Of a stretch of DNA of 64,000 bases, positions 53,794-63,942 are shown piece after piece. The notes beneath the pieces are model-generated. The model did no database searches. It was not told the DNA's origin and saw only the letters and a program-made list of their open reading frames with translations. The number at the start of each line of letters is the position of its first letter. Position 1 is the stretch's first letter. The translations under genes and the position numbers were made by a program. The DNA comes from Thermodesulfobacteriota bacterium. GTDB lineage: Bacteria; Desulfobacterota; Desulfobacteria; Desulfobacterales; JARGFK01. The stretch is from positions 13,937 to 77,936 of the forward strand of contig JBFLWU010000017.1 of assembly GCA_040757625.1 (NCBI GenBank), given 5' to 3'.

Positions 53794-54798
53794 ATGACTG
53801 CTTGGGAAATAAATCCGGGAAAACTGCTTGAAATATCCGGGAGCTACTGGCGGACGAGCGTTCTGCATGCGGCCGTAAAGCTCGACGTGTTTACGGCGAT
53901 CGGAAGCGAATCGTCCGACGCCGACGCTCTGGCCGGAAAACTGTCGGCAGATTCACGGGCGCTGGCCATGCTGCTCAATGCCCTGACCGCCATGGGGCTT
54001 CTGGTGAAAAAGGGGGCGTCCTATGCCAATACCCCGGTCAGCGCGGCCTTTCTATCCAAGCATTCTTCCCGTTATATCGGTTTTATCATCATGCATCATT
54101 ATCATCTGGCGGAGTCCTGGCTGCGGCTCGACCAGGCGGTTCTGGCCGGACGGCCGGTCAGGACGCGGGCTGCCGCCGGCGATGCGGATCGGCGGGAGGC
54201 CTTTTTGATGGGGATGTTCAACATGGCCATGAGCGTGGCCCCGCGCATTGTCAAGGCCGTCGACCTTTCCGGCCGGCGGCGCCTGCTGGACCTGGGGGGC
54301 GGCCCCGGGACCTATGCCGTTCATTTTTGCCGGGCCACCCCGGAAATGCGGGCCACGGTCTATGATCTTGCCGCCACGCGGCCGTTTGCCGAAAAGACCA
54401 TTGCCCAGTTCAACCTGGCGGACCGGATTGATTTCATGGACGGCGATTACGTGACGGAAGAACGCATCAAAGGGTCCTTCGATGCGGCCTGGCTGTCGCA
54501 CATCCTGCACGGGGAGGGGCCGCAAACCTGCCGGGAGATCATCCGTAAAACCGTAAGCGCCCTGGAGCCCGGCGGCATGCTGGTCGTGCACGAGTTCGTT
54601 TTAAACAACGAAAAGGACGGGCCGCTTTTCCCCACGCTGTTTTCCCTGAACATGCTCCTGGGAACCGAGGGCGGACAGGCCTATTCGGAAAAAGAGATCA
54701 TGGACATGCTGGCCGGGGCCGGGCTCAAGGACATCAAGCGCATCCCCTTTGACTCGCCCAACGATTCCGGTTTGATTTCAGGGACGGTACCCCGATAG
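53794..54798 (+). CDS. SAM-dependent O-methyltransferase with dimerisation domain
   Basis: LHAAVKLDVF, LLDLGGGPG, SHILH, LEPGG. Confidence 0.9.
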   Translation: MTAWEINPGKLLEISGSYWRTSVLHAAVKLDVFTAIGSESSDADALAGKLSADSRALAMLLNALTAMGLLVKKGASYANTPVSAAFLSKHSSRYIGFIIMHHYHLAESWLRLDQAVLAGRPVRTRAAAGDADRREAFLMGMFNMAMSVAPRIVKAVDLSGRRRLLDLGGGPGTYAVHFCRATPEMRATVYDLAATRPFAEKTIAQFNLADRIDFMDGDYVTEERIKGSFDAAWLSHILHGEGPQTCREIIRKTVSALEPGGMLVVHEFVLNNEKDGPLFPTLFSLNMLLGTEGGQAYSEKEIMDMLAGAGLKDIKRIPFDSPNDSGLISGTVPR

Positions 54799-54865
54799 AC
54801 AGGACCCTGGATCAACACGATGCCGAGGTCGGAATTAAACGAAATGGGGCGGTTAATCCAGGGAT

Positions 54866-54951
54866 CGGGGAGTTTTTCAAATGTTGTCTATTGCACCCGG
54901 GGACAGCCAAGTGACAACGGCTCACCCCCTAAGCGTTCTTGATGAAACCTC
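54866..54951 (+). repeat. Palindromic repeat family C, internally deleted copy
   Basis: CGGGGAGTTTTTCAAATGTTGT...CCCGGGGACAGCC-AAGTGACAACGGCTC...GAAACCTC. Confidence 0.7.
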
Positions 54952-54954
54952 ATT

Positions 54955-55980
54955 TTAATCATTTCCGCTCTCCTGGCCCGCACCCAGAATGTCGACGTCC
55001 ACCGCCGAAGCATCGTCGGATTCAATAATGGGCGTGCAGGGCGCGCGGTTAAGCCTTAAAGACAGCACGTCAAAGCGGTTGTACTGGCCGGCCACATCAT
55101 GCCGGAGCTTGGGGCCGATGATGGCCTGGATGTCGCAGTCGGCATAGACGATCTCTTCCCGGTCGGGCGAGGCTGCCGCGACCATGAGCTTCCCGCCGGG
55201 GGCATAGATGCCGGTGAAACCCGATTGCGGGCTCGTCAGGATCCGTCGCTTCTCTCCGGTGTCGGCCAGCTTGTCGACGACGGTGCCGTCGATCATTGAT
55301 GAAACCACGATGTGAAAGACCTTTCCCTCAAAGGCATGGGCGGCGCCGCGCAGCCGGATGTCGGCGCCGATGTCGTAGCCGCCGTAATCCGCGCTTGGCA
55401 TGGACGGGTAGTTGGAGACGTGGATTTCCTCTCCCTGGGCGATCAGGGCGAAACGGGCCAGCGGGTTTGCGTTTTCCCCGCAGATGAGGGTTCCCAGTTT
55501 TCCGATGGACGTATCCAGGACCCGCAGGGTGCTGCCGTCCCCGAACCCCCAGACCAGCTTTTCCGCGTAGGTGGGCATGAGCTTTCTGTGTTTCAGGAGG
55601 ATGTTCCCTTCAGGGCCGATGACAAGATTGGTATTGTAAAGGGTTCCCAGGGTATTGTCGGGCCGTTCGTTGATGCCGATCACCACATGGATGCCCGTCT
55701 CTTTAGCGGCCTTGCATAATTGATCGGTGACAGGGCCGGGCACCCTGACCGCATGTTTGAGCATCTCCACAAAAAAAGGAGTGGTCCTGAAAACATTTTC
55801 CAGCCGGTTCCAGTAGGGATAGCCTGAAATAAACACCTCCGGAAAGGCTATCAGGTCGGCGCCATTTCGGGATGCTTCAGCGATCAGGGAAAGCGCCTTG
55901 TCGAGTGTCCTCTCACGATCCAGAAAGACCGGGGCGGCCTGGACCGCGGCCGCCTTGAATTTCGGGAATGTTTCACCCAT
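54955..55980 (-). CDS. Nitrilase (carbon-nitrogen hydrolase family)
   Basis: ATG 55980 after GAGGA. Catalytic triad motifs FPE, HRKLMPT.AE, LICGEN. Confidence 0.9.
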   Translation of the reverse strand: MGETFPKFKAAAVQAAPVFLDRERTLDKALSLIAEASRNGADLIAFPEVFISGYPYWNRLENVFRTTPFFVEMLKHAVRVPGPVTDQLCKAAKETGIHVVIGINERPDNTLGTLYNTNLVIGPEGNILLKHRKLMPTYAEKLVWGFGDGSTLRVLDTSIGKLGTLICGENANPLARFALIAQGEEIHVSNYPSMPSADYGGYDIGADIRLRGAAHAFEGKVFHIVVSSMIDGTVVDKLADTGEKRRILTSPQSGFTGIYAPGGKLMVAAASPDREEIVYADCDIQAIIGPKLRHDVAGQYNRFDVLSLRLNRAPCTPIIESDDASAVDVDILGAGQESGND

Positions 55981-56343
55981 GAGCGTTTCCTCCTGTTGAT
56001 GAAATGTCGCTGGGTTGAAGCGGTTAATGAATGATTCCAGCCGTCCCGGTTTGATCAAGAGGCAGGCTGTCCGATTTTGCAATGTTATCTTTTGAAGATT
56101 GTCAAATCAAGCAAATCGTGGTTAAATGACACGATAAGTCATCCTAAAAAATTATGCTCTATGAATGAGAGACTGAGGAGTTTTATGCCAAATGTCTATG
56201 GAGTGAACCGACGTCACTTCACCGTTTGCCGGCGATCCGGCCCGGGACAGTCCCCGCCTCCTGGCGTAATTATATTTTTTTGAGATAACTTCTTTTATGA
56301 CCAACCTGTTGAAAACCAATATTTTTACTTGACAGCAAAGGCT

Positions 56344-56775
56344 ATGACGGATTCTTACCAAATTTTCCCGGTGGGGTTTGTGAGGAAAAAAGGCTCCAAA
56401 ACGCAGATTGAAATTTTGCCGAAGTTTCGTGCGGCGCTTTTCGGACTGGATGGATTCTCGCACATTCATGTGCTTTACTGGTTTCATGAAAACGATACCC
56501 CGCGGCAGCGCAGCATCCTGCAGGTGCATCCCCGCAATGACAAACGCAACCCCCTGGCCGGGGTGTTCGCCACGCATTCACCGGTCAGGCCCAATCTGGT
56601 CGCGCTGACCATCTGCCGGATCACGGCAATCCGGGAAAATATAATTGAAATCGACGGCATCGACGCCAATGACGGCACCCCGGTAATCGACATTAAATCG
56701 TACAACCGAAAAAATGAGGCGGAACCTCCTTTTCATGTCCCTGAATGGGCGCGTGCCGGGAAGGAATCATGCTGA
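56344..56775 (+). CDS. tsaA: tRNA m6t6A37 methyltransferase TrmO/TsaA family
   Basis: FSH..VLYWFH, GVFATHSP.RPN, DGTPVIDIK.Y. Confidence 0.88.
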   Translation: MTDSYQIFPVGFVRKKGSKTQIEILPKFRAALFGLDGFSHIHVLYWFHENDTPRQRSILQVHPRNDKRNPLAGVFATHSPVRPNLVALTICRITAIRENIIEIDGIDANDGTPVIDIKSYNRKNEAEPPFHVPEWARAGKESC

Positions 56776-58964
56776 CGGACCTGACCGGCCAGATAGAAAG
56801 AATCACCTTCAGCAATGAAGAGAACGGGTTCACCATCGCCAAGGTCAAGGTGAGCGGGCAGGCCGACCTGGTAACGGTTGTGGGCGCGCTGATGGCGCCG
56901 GTTCCCGGCGAGGTCCTTGAAATGAAAGGCGAGTGGACGCAGCACCCCCGCTTCGGCGAACAGTTCAAAGTCGCTACTTACAAGAGCGTGGTGCCGGCTA
57001 CTGTTTTCGGTATCCGGAAATACCTGGGTTCGGGCTTGATCAAGGGATTGGGGCCGGTCATGGCCGAACGCATCGTCAAGCGCTTCGGCAACAAAACGCT
57101 GGACGTCATCGAGAAGAATATCGGGCGGCTGGCCGAGGTGGAGGGTATCGGCAAAAAACGGATTGCCATGATCAAGGCCGCCTGGGATGAGCAGCGGGAA
57201 ATTCGCGACGTGATGCTCTTTTTACAATCCCATGGGGTCAGCACCGGCTATGCCACCAAGATATTCCGCCAATACAAGGAACGTTCCATTACCGTGGTGC
57301 GGGAAAATCCGTATCGTCTGGCCGGCGATATTTTCGGGATCGGCTTTCTCATCGCGGATCGCATCGCCGAGAAGCTCGGATTCAGCAAGGACTCAAGACT
57401 GCGGGCCGAGGCCGGCGTCTTGTATGTCCTGGACCAGGTGGCGGAAGAAGGGCATGTGTATTATCCCCATGAGCTGCTGGTGGAAAAAAGCCGTGAAATT
57501 CTCCAGGTCGAAGCAGAGGTGGCGGCCGGGGCCATATCCGGCCTGGCGGCCGACCGCAGGGTGGTGGTTGAGGACCTGGAACAAAATATGGCGGAGCTTA
57601 GCGGCCATCACCGGGCGGTCTACCTGTCCAGGTATTATGTCAGCGAAACCGCCGTCGCCGGCCGCATCAAAGAGCTGCTGTCGGCGCCCAGGACGATTCG
57701 CAGGATCGATTCCGCCAGGGCCGTTTCCTGGGTGCAGGGAGAGCTTCGCATGTCCCTGGCCCGGAACCAGGTGACGGCTGTGCGCAGCGCCCTTGACAAC
57801 AAGATGATGGTGATCACCGGCGGGCCCGGCACGGGCAAAACCACCATAACCCGGGCGATCATTAAAATTTTCGACCGGTTGCATCTGCAGATCGCACTGG
57901 CGGCCCCCACCGGCCGGGCGGCCAAGCGCCTGGGTGAAGCCACCGGCCGGGAGGCCAAAACCATTCACCGCCTGCTGGAATTCAGCTTCCAGAAGGGGGG
58001 ATTTCAGCGCGGAGCTGAAAAGCCGCTGGATTGCGACCTGCTGATCGTGGATGAAGCCTCCATGATCGACACCATCCTGATGCATCATCTGTTACAGGCG
58101 GTTCCGGACGATGCCACCGTTGTTTTGGTGGGGGATGTCAATCAGCTGCCCTCGGTGGGGGCCGGAAATGTGCTCAACGACATCATTGCATCCGGTTGCG
58201 TACCGGTTGTGGAATTAAACGAAATTTTCCGCCAGGCCCGGACCAGCCGGATCATTGTTTCCGCACACCAGATCAACAGTGGAATCGTACCGCCGACAGA
58301 GCCGCCCGACAATCAGCTGAAGAGCGATTTTTATTTCATCCAGCAGGAAGATCCGGAAAAAGTTTTGGATATCATACTGACGCTGGTAAGGGAAAGGATC
58401 CCCGGCAACGACCGCTTTCGGGAATTCATCAGGAATCCGATCGATGATATCCAGGTCTTGACGCCCATGCACAAGGGGGTGGTGGGGGCCGGAAACCTGA
58501 ATGCCCGCCTGCAGGAAGCATTGAACCCGGGAACCGAAGGGGTGGTGCGCGGCGACAGAACCTATCGCATCGGCGACAAGGTGATGCAGGTCCGCAACAA
58601 TTATGATAAGGAAGTCTTTAACGGGGATATTGGCAGAATTGCCGGGATTTATCCGGATGTTCAGGAAATCATCGTCATGTTTGATGGCCGGGAAGTGGTC
58701 TATGAATATGCCGACCTGGATGAAATCGTGTTGGCTTATGCCGTGTCGGTACACAAATCACAGGGGTCTGAATATCCGGCCGTGGTATTGCCGGTCTTGA
58801 CTCAGCATTACATTCTGCTGCAGCGCAACCTGATCTATACGGCGGTTACCAGGGGGCGCAACCTGGTGGTGATGGTGGGGACCGTCAAGGCGCTGGCCAT
58901 GGCGGTGCGCAACGACAAGACCCAGAAACGCTTTACCCGTCTGCGATACCGCTTGTGCGCATAG
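56769..58964 (+). CDS. recD2: ATP-dependent RecD2-like DNA helicase
   Basis: ATG 56769 after AAGGA. HhH region, GGPGTGKT, DEASM, GDVNQL, HKSQGSE, TAVTRG. Confidence 0.94.
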   Translation: MLTDLTGQIERITFSNEENGFTIAKVKVSGQADLVTVVGALMAPVPGEVLEMKGEWTQHPRFGEQFKVATYKSVVPATVFGIRKYLGSGLIKGLGPVMAERIVKRFGNKTLDVIEKNIGRLAEVEGIGKKRIAMIKAAWDEQREIRDVMLFLQSHGVSTGYATKIFRQYKERSITVVRENPYRLAGDIFGIGFLIADRIAEKLGFSKDSRLRAEAGVLYVLDQVAEEGHVYYPHELLVEKSREILQVEAEVAAGAISGLAADRRVVVEDLEQNMAELSGHHRAVYLSRYYVSETAVAGRIKELLSAPRTIRRIDSARAVSWVQGELRMSLARNQVTAVRSALDNKMMVITGGPGTGKTTITRAIIKIFDRLHLQIALAAPTGRAAKRLGEATGREAKTIHRLLEFSFQKGGFQRGAEKPLDCDLLIVDEASMIDTILMHHLLQAVPDDATVVLVGDVNQLPSVGAGNVLNDIIASGCVPVVELNEIFRQARTSRIIVSAHQINSGIVPPTEPPDNQLKSDFYFIQQEDPEKVLDIILTLVRERIPGNDRFREFIRNPIDDIQVLTPMHKGVVGAGNLNARLQEALNPGTEGVVRGDRTYRIGDKVMQVRNNYDKEVFNGDIGRIAGIYPDVQEIIVMFDGREVVYEYADLDEIVLAYAVSVHKSQGSEYPAVVLPVLTQHYILLQRNLIYTAVTRGRNLVVMVGTVKALAMAVRNDKTQKRFTRLRYRLCA

Positions 58965-58980
58965 TGAATGAAATGAGAGG

Positions 58981-59300
58981 CCGGGGAATTGCCTATGGTG
59001 TGGGCCGTTGCTCCTTCACCGTTTGCCGGCGGTCGATCCGTCCGGGGACAGCCCCACGCCCCCCGCGGGGTCGCAACCAAAGATTAATGAGCCCTGTACA
59101 CGCCCCCTGACCGCTGCGCTAAACTGCGACAGGCAGAGACGATCACCGTCGCCGTGGAAAGCAGTCTTTTGGGGCTGGGTCAATGGAACCTGAGCGGGAT
59201 CGCTGCCGCACGGTGATGCTTCGACAAGATGGTTGCGGTTCGCGCGGGGGGCGTGGGGCTGTCCCCGGACGGACGGGGCGACATTTGAAAAGCCCCCCGG
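58981..59300 (-). repeat. Family C repeat with a nested insertion in its central hairpin
   Basis: Long arms TCCGTCCGGGGACAGCCCCACGCCCCC / GGGGGCGTGGGGCTGTCCCCGGACGGA. Insert bounded by CGCAACCA / TGGTTGCG. Ends in ACATTTGAAAAGCCCCCCGG. Confidence 0.7.
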
Positions 59301-59337
59301 CTCCTGAATGAAATGATAAGGAAAGAAACGTTCCGTT

Positions 59338-61254
59338 ATGAAACACCTGTTTACACCCTTTCGGATCAGACATCTGAATTTGAAAAACCGGATCGTAATG
59401 CCCGGGCTGGCATCGTTCCTGTTTGAGGCGGACGGTTCGGTCACGGACCGGACGGTGGAGCATTACCGCCGCCGGGCGGCCGGCGGGCCGGCCATGGTCA
59501 TCACCGAAGCCTGCGCGGTTTCTCCGGAAGGAATGGTTTCCCCCCACCAGGCCAGAATTTACGATGACCGCTTCATCGAAGGGTTTGCAAAACTCAGCGC
59601 AGCCATCCGGTCGGAAGGAGCGGTGCCGGCGCTTCAGATTCACCACAGCGGACGGCAGACATCGGCCCGGGTGATCGGCCGTGACCCCCTGGCCCCTTCG
59701 GAACTTCCCTGCCCGTCCATTCAGGGCCCGGTGACCCCGCTCACGCGTGACGGGATTCAGAAACTGGTCCAACAATTCGGGGCCGCCGCCCAAAGGGCGC
59801 GACAGGCCGGTTTCCAGCTTGTTGAAATCCACGGGGCCCATGGATATCTGATCAACCAGTTCCTTTCCGGATTTTCAAACATCCGCACTGACGACTATGG
59901 CGGGGATACCGGCAGGCGGGCCCGGTTTGCCCGGGAGATTGTTCAGGAAGTTCGGCGGCGGGTCGGCGACGAATTTCCCCTTTCCTTTAAAATCAGCGCT
60001 CAGGAATTCGTTTCCGGCGGCCTGACGGTGACAGAAAGCGTCGCAATACTGAAAATCCTGGTGGAAGCCGGCATCGATGTCGTGCAGGTTTCAGCCGGAA
60101 ACGACGCCACCCCCGAGTGGATCTGCCAGCCCATGTTTATGAATAAAGCGTGCCTGGCGGATTCGGCGGCAAGAATTAAACAGGCGCTGAAAATTCCGGT
60201 GATGACGGTGGGCCGGATCAGCGATCCGCTGCTGGCCGACAAACTGATTGAGCAGAACACAGCCGACCTTGTCTGCATGGGGCGGGGGCTGCTGGCGGAC
60301 CCGGAGATGCCCAAAAAGGCCCGGGAAGGCCGCCTGGATGAAATCCGGCCATGCATCGCCTGCAACACCTGTATGGAGTCTATTTTTCGCAAAGGCCGGG
60401 TGGAGTGCCTGGTCAATCCTTTTCTGGGAAGGGAAAAGAACCTGAATTTCAGGCCGGCTGCAACCCCCAGGAAAATTATGGTCATCGGCGGCGGGCCCGG
60501 CGGATTGAACGCCGCCTGGATGGCGGCCAAAAGAGGCCACGAGGTACACCTGTTTGAAAAGAAGGTGGTTGTCGGCGGAAAGTTGATTATCGGAAGCGTC
60601 CCCGGATTCAAAAAGGAAATCGCCAGCCTGATTCCATTCCTTGAAAAACAGGCCCTCGCGGCCGGGGTGAGCTTTCATTTAAACTGCGAGGTCACGCCGG
60701 CCGTCATACGCACGGCCACTCCCGACGCGGTGATTCTGGCCACCGGCGCAGCGCCGCAGCTTCCGCCGGTGGAGGGCGCAGACGGGCAACACGTCGTTTT
60801 TGCGGATGATATCCTCAACGGCCGGCAGCCCGACCGGGTCAGCACGGTTGTTGTCGGCGGCGGTGCGAGCGGTTGCGAAACAGCCCTGCATCTGGCCGGA
60901 CTCGGCTGCAGGGTCGCCATCGTGGAGATGCTTTCAACAATGGCGTCCAATCTTGAAACCATTACCCGCAAAATGATCCTGAAAAAGCTTGAAGAACAAC
61001 AGGTTGCCATGTTGACGGATTCCAAAGTGCTGCGGATTCAAGAACATGGCATACAGATACGGGGAAAAGACGGCATCGATGTTTTTATTGAAGCCGAGCG
61101 GGTGGTAATAGCGGCGGGCAATCAACCCGATAACAGGCTGTACCATGAAATTGCTCTCGCAGGCTATGAACTCCATCAGGTCGGCGACTGCATTGAACCC
61201 CGAAGCATCAAACAGGCGATTTATGAGGGAACCGTTGTGGGGGGTACCGTTTAA
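59338..61254 (+). CDS. NADH:flavin oxidoreductase (OYE + 4Fe-4S + FAD; 2,4-dienoyl-CoA/enoate reductase-like)
   Basis: LKNRIVM, EIHGAHGYL, N.RTD.YGG, CIACNTC...CLVNP, GGGPGG. Confidence 0.92.
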   Translation: MKHLFTPFRIRHLNLKNRIVMPGLASFLFEADGSVTDRTVEHYRRRAAGGPAMVITEACAVSPEGMVSPHQARIYDDRFIEGFAKLSAAIRSEGAVPALQIHHSGRQTSARVIGRDPLAPSELPCPSIQGPVTPLTRDGIQKLVQQFGAAAQRARQAGFQLVEIHGAHGYLINQFLSGFSNIRTDDYGGDTGRRARFAREIVQEVRRRVGDEFPLSFKISAQEFVSGGLTVTESVAILKILVEAGIDVVQVSAGNDATPEWICQPMFMNKACLADSAARIKQALKIPVMTVGRISDPLLADKLIEQNTADLVCMGRGLLADPEMPKKAREGRLDEIRPCIACNTCMESIFRKGRVECLVNPFLGREKNLNFRPAATPRKIMVIGGGPGGLNAAWMAAKRGHEVHLFEKKVVVGGKLIIGSVPGFKKEIASLIPFLEKQALAAGVSFHLNCEVTPAVIRTATPDAVILATGAAPQLPPVEGADGQHVVFADDILNGRQPDRVSTVVVGGGASGCETALHLAGLGCRVAIVEMLSTMASNLETITRKMILKKLEEQQVAMLTDSKVLRIQEHGIQIRGKDGIDVFIEAERVVIAAGNQPDNRLYHEIALAGYELHQVGDCIEPRSIKQAIYEGTVVGGTV

Positions 61255-61381
61255 CCGGCAAGCATATAGCCGTCATTGGTATTGCGCTTTTCCCTTGAAA
61301 CACACCTCAAGCGAATGGAAAGCAAATAAAAAACAGCCGATAGGTGGCTGTTCTGGACAAACTCCAATATGATATGTAATT

Positions 61382-61570
61382 TCAGGATGTTACCGGCACA
61401 CTGATCCACTCATTGACCCGCACCCAGTTTTTTCTGCGCTCTCTCCGGTTCTTTCTGCGATCCAAACCGCTACGGCGCTCGACCCCCCCCTGAATGAAGT
61501 AGTCGATGCTGTAAACCTGTCGCCGATCAACTTCTGCGCGACGGTCAACGCCGGAACGTTTAAATAGCAT
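61382..61570 (-). CDS. Small Arg-rich [DE]RR-repeat protein (62 aa)
   Basis: AGGA SD. RSGVDRR..VDRR...ERRSGLDRR...ERR; sigma-54 promoter upstream. Confidence 0.65.
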   Translation of the reverse strand: MLFKRSGVDRRAEVDRRQVYSIDYFIQGGVERRSGLDRRKNRRERRKNWVRVNEWISVPVTS

Positions 61571-61707
61571 GGCACCAAATTCCTGTTTTGTCGGTTTAAT
61601 CATATGTGAATTTTGGATCGCTTGGTAGTTATACAATTTAAGACTCTTTTTTCATCGGTCGATTGATTTTTCTCAACTGCCAGCGCTCATGTTCGCTTTT
61701 ATTGTAA

Positions 61708-61724
61708 AGCAATTAATGTGCCAA
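61708..61724 (-). promoter_or_regulatory. Sigma-54 (-24/-12) promoter
   Basis: TTGGCAC-ATTAA-TTGCT, an exact match to TGGCAC-N5-TTGC. Confidence 0.75.
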
Positions 61725-62124
61725 TTTGCATGACAGTAAAGAAGTCATTAATAATTGATGAAAGCCTATTTAAGTTTTTTAAGCAGGTTATGATATTTTT
61801 TAATTTTTTAAAAAAAATGCGCTTCGTTTTAAAATGGAGGTTTGGTGAATGTTGATATGTCAATTGTTGATGGTAAACTACAATGTTTGAGGGGGAACCC
61901 TTCACGATATGTAGGCCAGATGGTTTTGAGGAGTATTTAATTTAACCATTTGATTATATTTAACAATTAAATTTTTGAACTTGGTTGGTGGGCCTGAAAA
62001 GTTATCGCCAGCCGGAGTGGATTCAGGGCTTGCAGAGAGCCCCTCGGCAGTGAGGTCGCGGCAGAACGGGTAACCGCGATACAAGTAAACAATGTAATTG
62101 TCCGGGTAATCCCCGCAAAACGGA

Positions 62125-62168
62125 TCACTTTCCGTGAACCTGACGAAATTGAATTTATTCAAAGGTTT
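62125..62168 (+). mobile_element. MITE family A, right-end remnant
   Basis: TCACTTTCCGTGAACCTGACGAAATTGAATTTATTCAAAGGTTT resembles the right end of 5780-5921. Confidence 0.55.
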
Positions 62169-62178
62169 TTTGCCGGGA

Positions 62179-62661
62179 TTACTGCTTGTAACCGAATTTT
62201 CTGAGCAGACTCTTTCGATAGCTGATGTCGCTTTCGGACTCGATCCCTTTTGAGCTGAAACCGTCGACAACTCCAAGAATTCCCCGCCCCAGTTCAGTTT
62301 CAGCAATAATGACCTCGACGGGGTTTGCCGTAGCACAGAAAATGCGGCAGACCTCCGGCACATTTTTGACTGCATTCAGAACATTTATCGGAAAGATATC
62401 TTTCATGAAAAGGATAAAACTGTGGCCGGCGGACAAGGCGGCGGCATTTTTTTGGGCCAGTTCAATCAGCGCATCATCCGTTCCGGTATGGCGTATCAGG
62501 CACTTGTCGGAAGCTTCACAAAACGCTAGGCCGAATTTGGGGGATGGGACCGCAGTGACCATGGCCTCATAGATGTCTTCAACGGTTTTAATAAAATGGG
62601 ATTGGCCTAAAATAAAATTCAAAGAATCGGGGTTTTTTATTTTGATAGTCTTTAATTCCAT
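62179..62661 (-). CDS. Adenosine-specific kinase family (DUF355)
   Basis: GQSHFIKTVED, FCEAS, GHSF, CATANP, GVVDG, RKFGYK. Confidence 0.92.
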   Translation of the reverse strand: MELKTIKIKNPDSLNFILGQSHFIKTVEDIYEAMVTAVPSPKFGLAFCEASDKCLIRHTGTDDALIELAQKNAAALSAGHSFILFMKDIFPINVLNAVKNVPEVCRIFCATANPVEVIIAETELGRGILGVVDGFSSKGIESESDISYRKSLLRKFGYKQ

Positions 62662-62696
62662 ATATCCCTCCCGGATGGTTTGTCATGGTTCTGAAA

Positions 62697-62725
62697 AGAA
62701 TAAAAAAAATGTACAGGCCTGTCAA
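62697..62725 (-). promoter_or_regulatory. Sigma-70 promoter
   Basis: TTGACA-17 nt-TATTCT on the minus strand. Confidence 0.6.
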
Positions 62726-62903
62726 TTATAAAGCTGTGTGACAGGATCCTTGCGTTAGGTGCGACCCTCTTTTATTATATGGCAATGCGGGCCGGAATGA
62801 TTATTTTCAGACACATACCCTTTCAGGGGACAACTCGCCGGTTCGGGCGGGCGGCTTTGCTTTATAGAGAGATCCGAAGACCTAATTTTACAGGGAGGTT
62901 GTC

Positions 62904-63881
62904 ATGACAAAGGCGATTATAATGGAAAGAAATGGCGGGCCCGAAGTGCTGCAGTGGCGGGATTACGACCCGGGAAAGCCGGGACCCAAGGAGGCGCTCG
63001 TTCGCCATGAGGCAGTAGGCCTGAATTTCATCGATGTATACCACCGTACCGGTCTTTATCCGCTTGCGGCCCTTCCGGTCGTCCCGGGCATGGAAGGCGC
63101 CGGGGTTGTCGAAGCGATTGGTGAAGGCGTAACGGAGGTCGGCGTGGGGGACCGGGTCGCCTATGCCGCTGTTCCGCCGGGGGCGTATGCCCAGGTGCGG
63201 CGGATTCCGGCGCACCGGCTCGTCAGGCTGCCGGAAAATATTTCATTCCGCCTGGGCGCTGCCATGATGCTGCAGGGGATGACCGCCCGCTATCTGCTGC
63301 GGGGGTGCTATCCCGTTGCCGCCGGAAACCGTATTCTGATTCATGCCGCTGCCGGAGGCGTCGGCTCGGTTGTCTGCCAATGGGCCAAACATATCGGGGC
63401 TACGGTCATCGGAACGGTCGGGTCCCGGGAGAAGGCAGGTATCGCCAAGGCTAACGGCTGTGATCATCCCATTAATTATAATGAAGAAGATTTTGTCGAA
63501 AAGGTCAGAGAAATCACAGCCGGAGAAGGGGTTGACGTGGTGTATGATTCCGTCGGGCGGTCAACCTTTATGAAATCGCTCGACTGTTTGCGGCCCAAAG
63601 GAACCATGGTTTCCTTTGGCCAGTCTTCGGGGGCGGTCGCGCCCATTGATATCGGCATTCTGGGGCTTAAAGGTTCGCTCTTCCTGACCCGGCCGAGCCT
63701 GATGACCTATACCGAAAAGCGCGAGGATTTGCTGGAACATGCCCGGGACCTGTTTGACGTTGTTGAGAGCGGGGCCGTCAAGATTGCCGTAAACAGGAGT
63801 TACCCCTTAAGTGAGGCCGCTCAGGCGCATCGGGACCTTGAAGGGCGCAAAACAACCGGATCAACTATTCTGATTCCCTGA
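62904..63881 (+). CDS. qor: NADPH:quinone oxidoreductase (zeta-crystallin-like)
   Basis: GLNFID, HAAAGGVG, YDSVG, FGQSSG, TRPSL, TTGS. Confidence 0.93.
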   Translation: MTKAIIMERNGGPEVLQWRDYDPGKPGPKEALVRHEAVGLNFIDVYHRTGLYPLAALPVVPGMEGAGVVEAIGEGVTEVGVGDRVAYAAVPPGAYAQVRRIPAHRLVRLPENISFRLGAAMMLQGMTARYLLRGCYPVAAGNRILIHAAAGGVGSVVCQWAKHIGATVIGTVGSREKAGIAKANGCDHPINYNEEDFVEKVREITAGEGVDVVYDSVGRSTFMKSLDCLRPKGTMVSFGQSSGAVAPIDIGILGLKGSLFLTRPSLMTYTEKREDLLEHARDLFDVVESGAVKIAVNRSYPLSEAAQAHRDLEGRKTTGSTILIP

Positions 63882-63942
63882 AAGGATGAGGGGGCGGGAG
63901 CCTTACGGCGCATAGTTTGACGGGCATTCAATTGTCCGTAAA

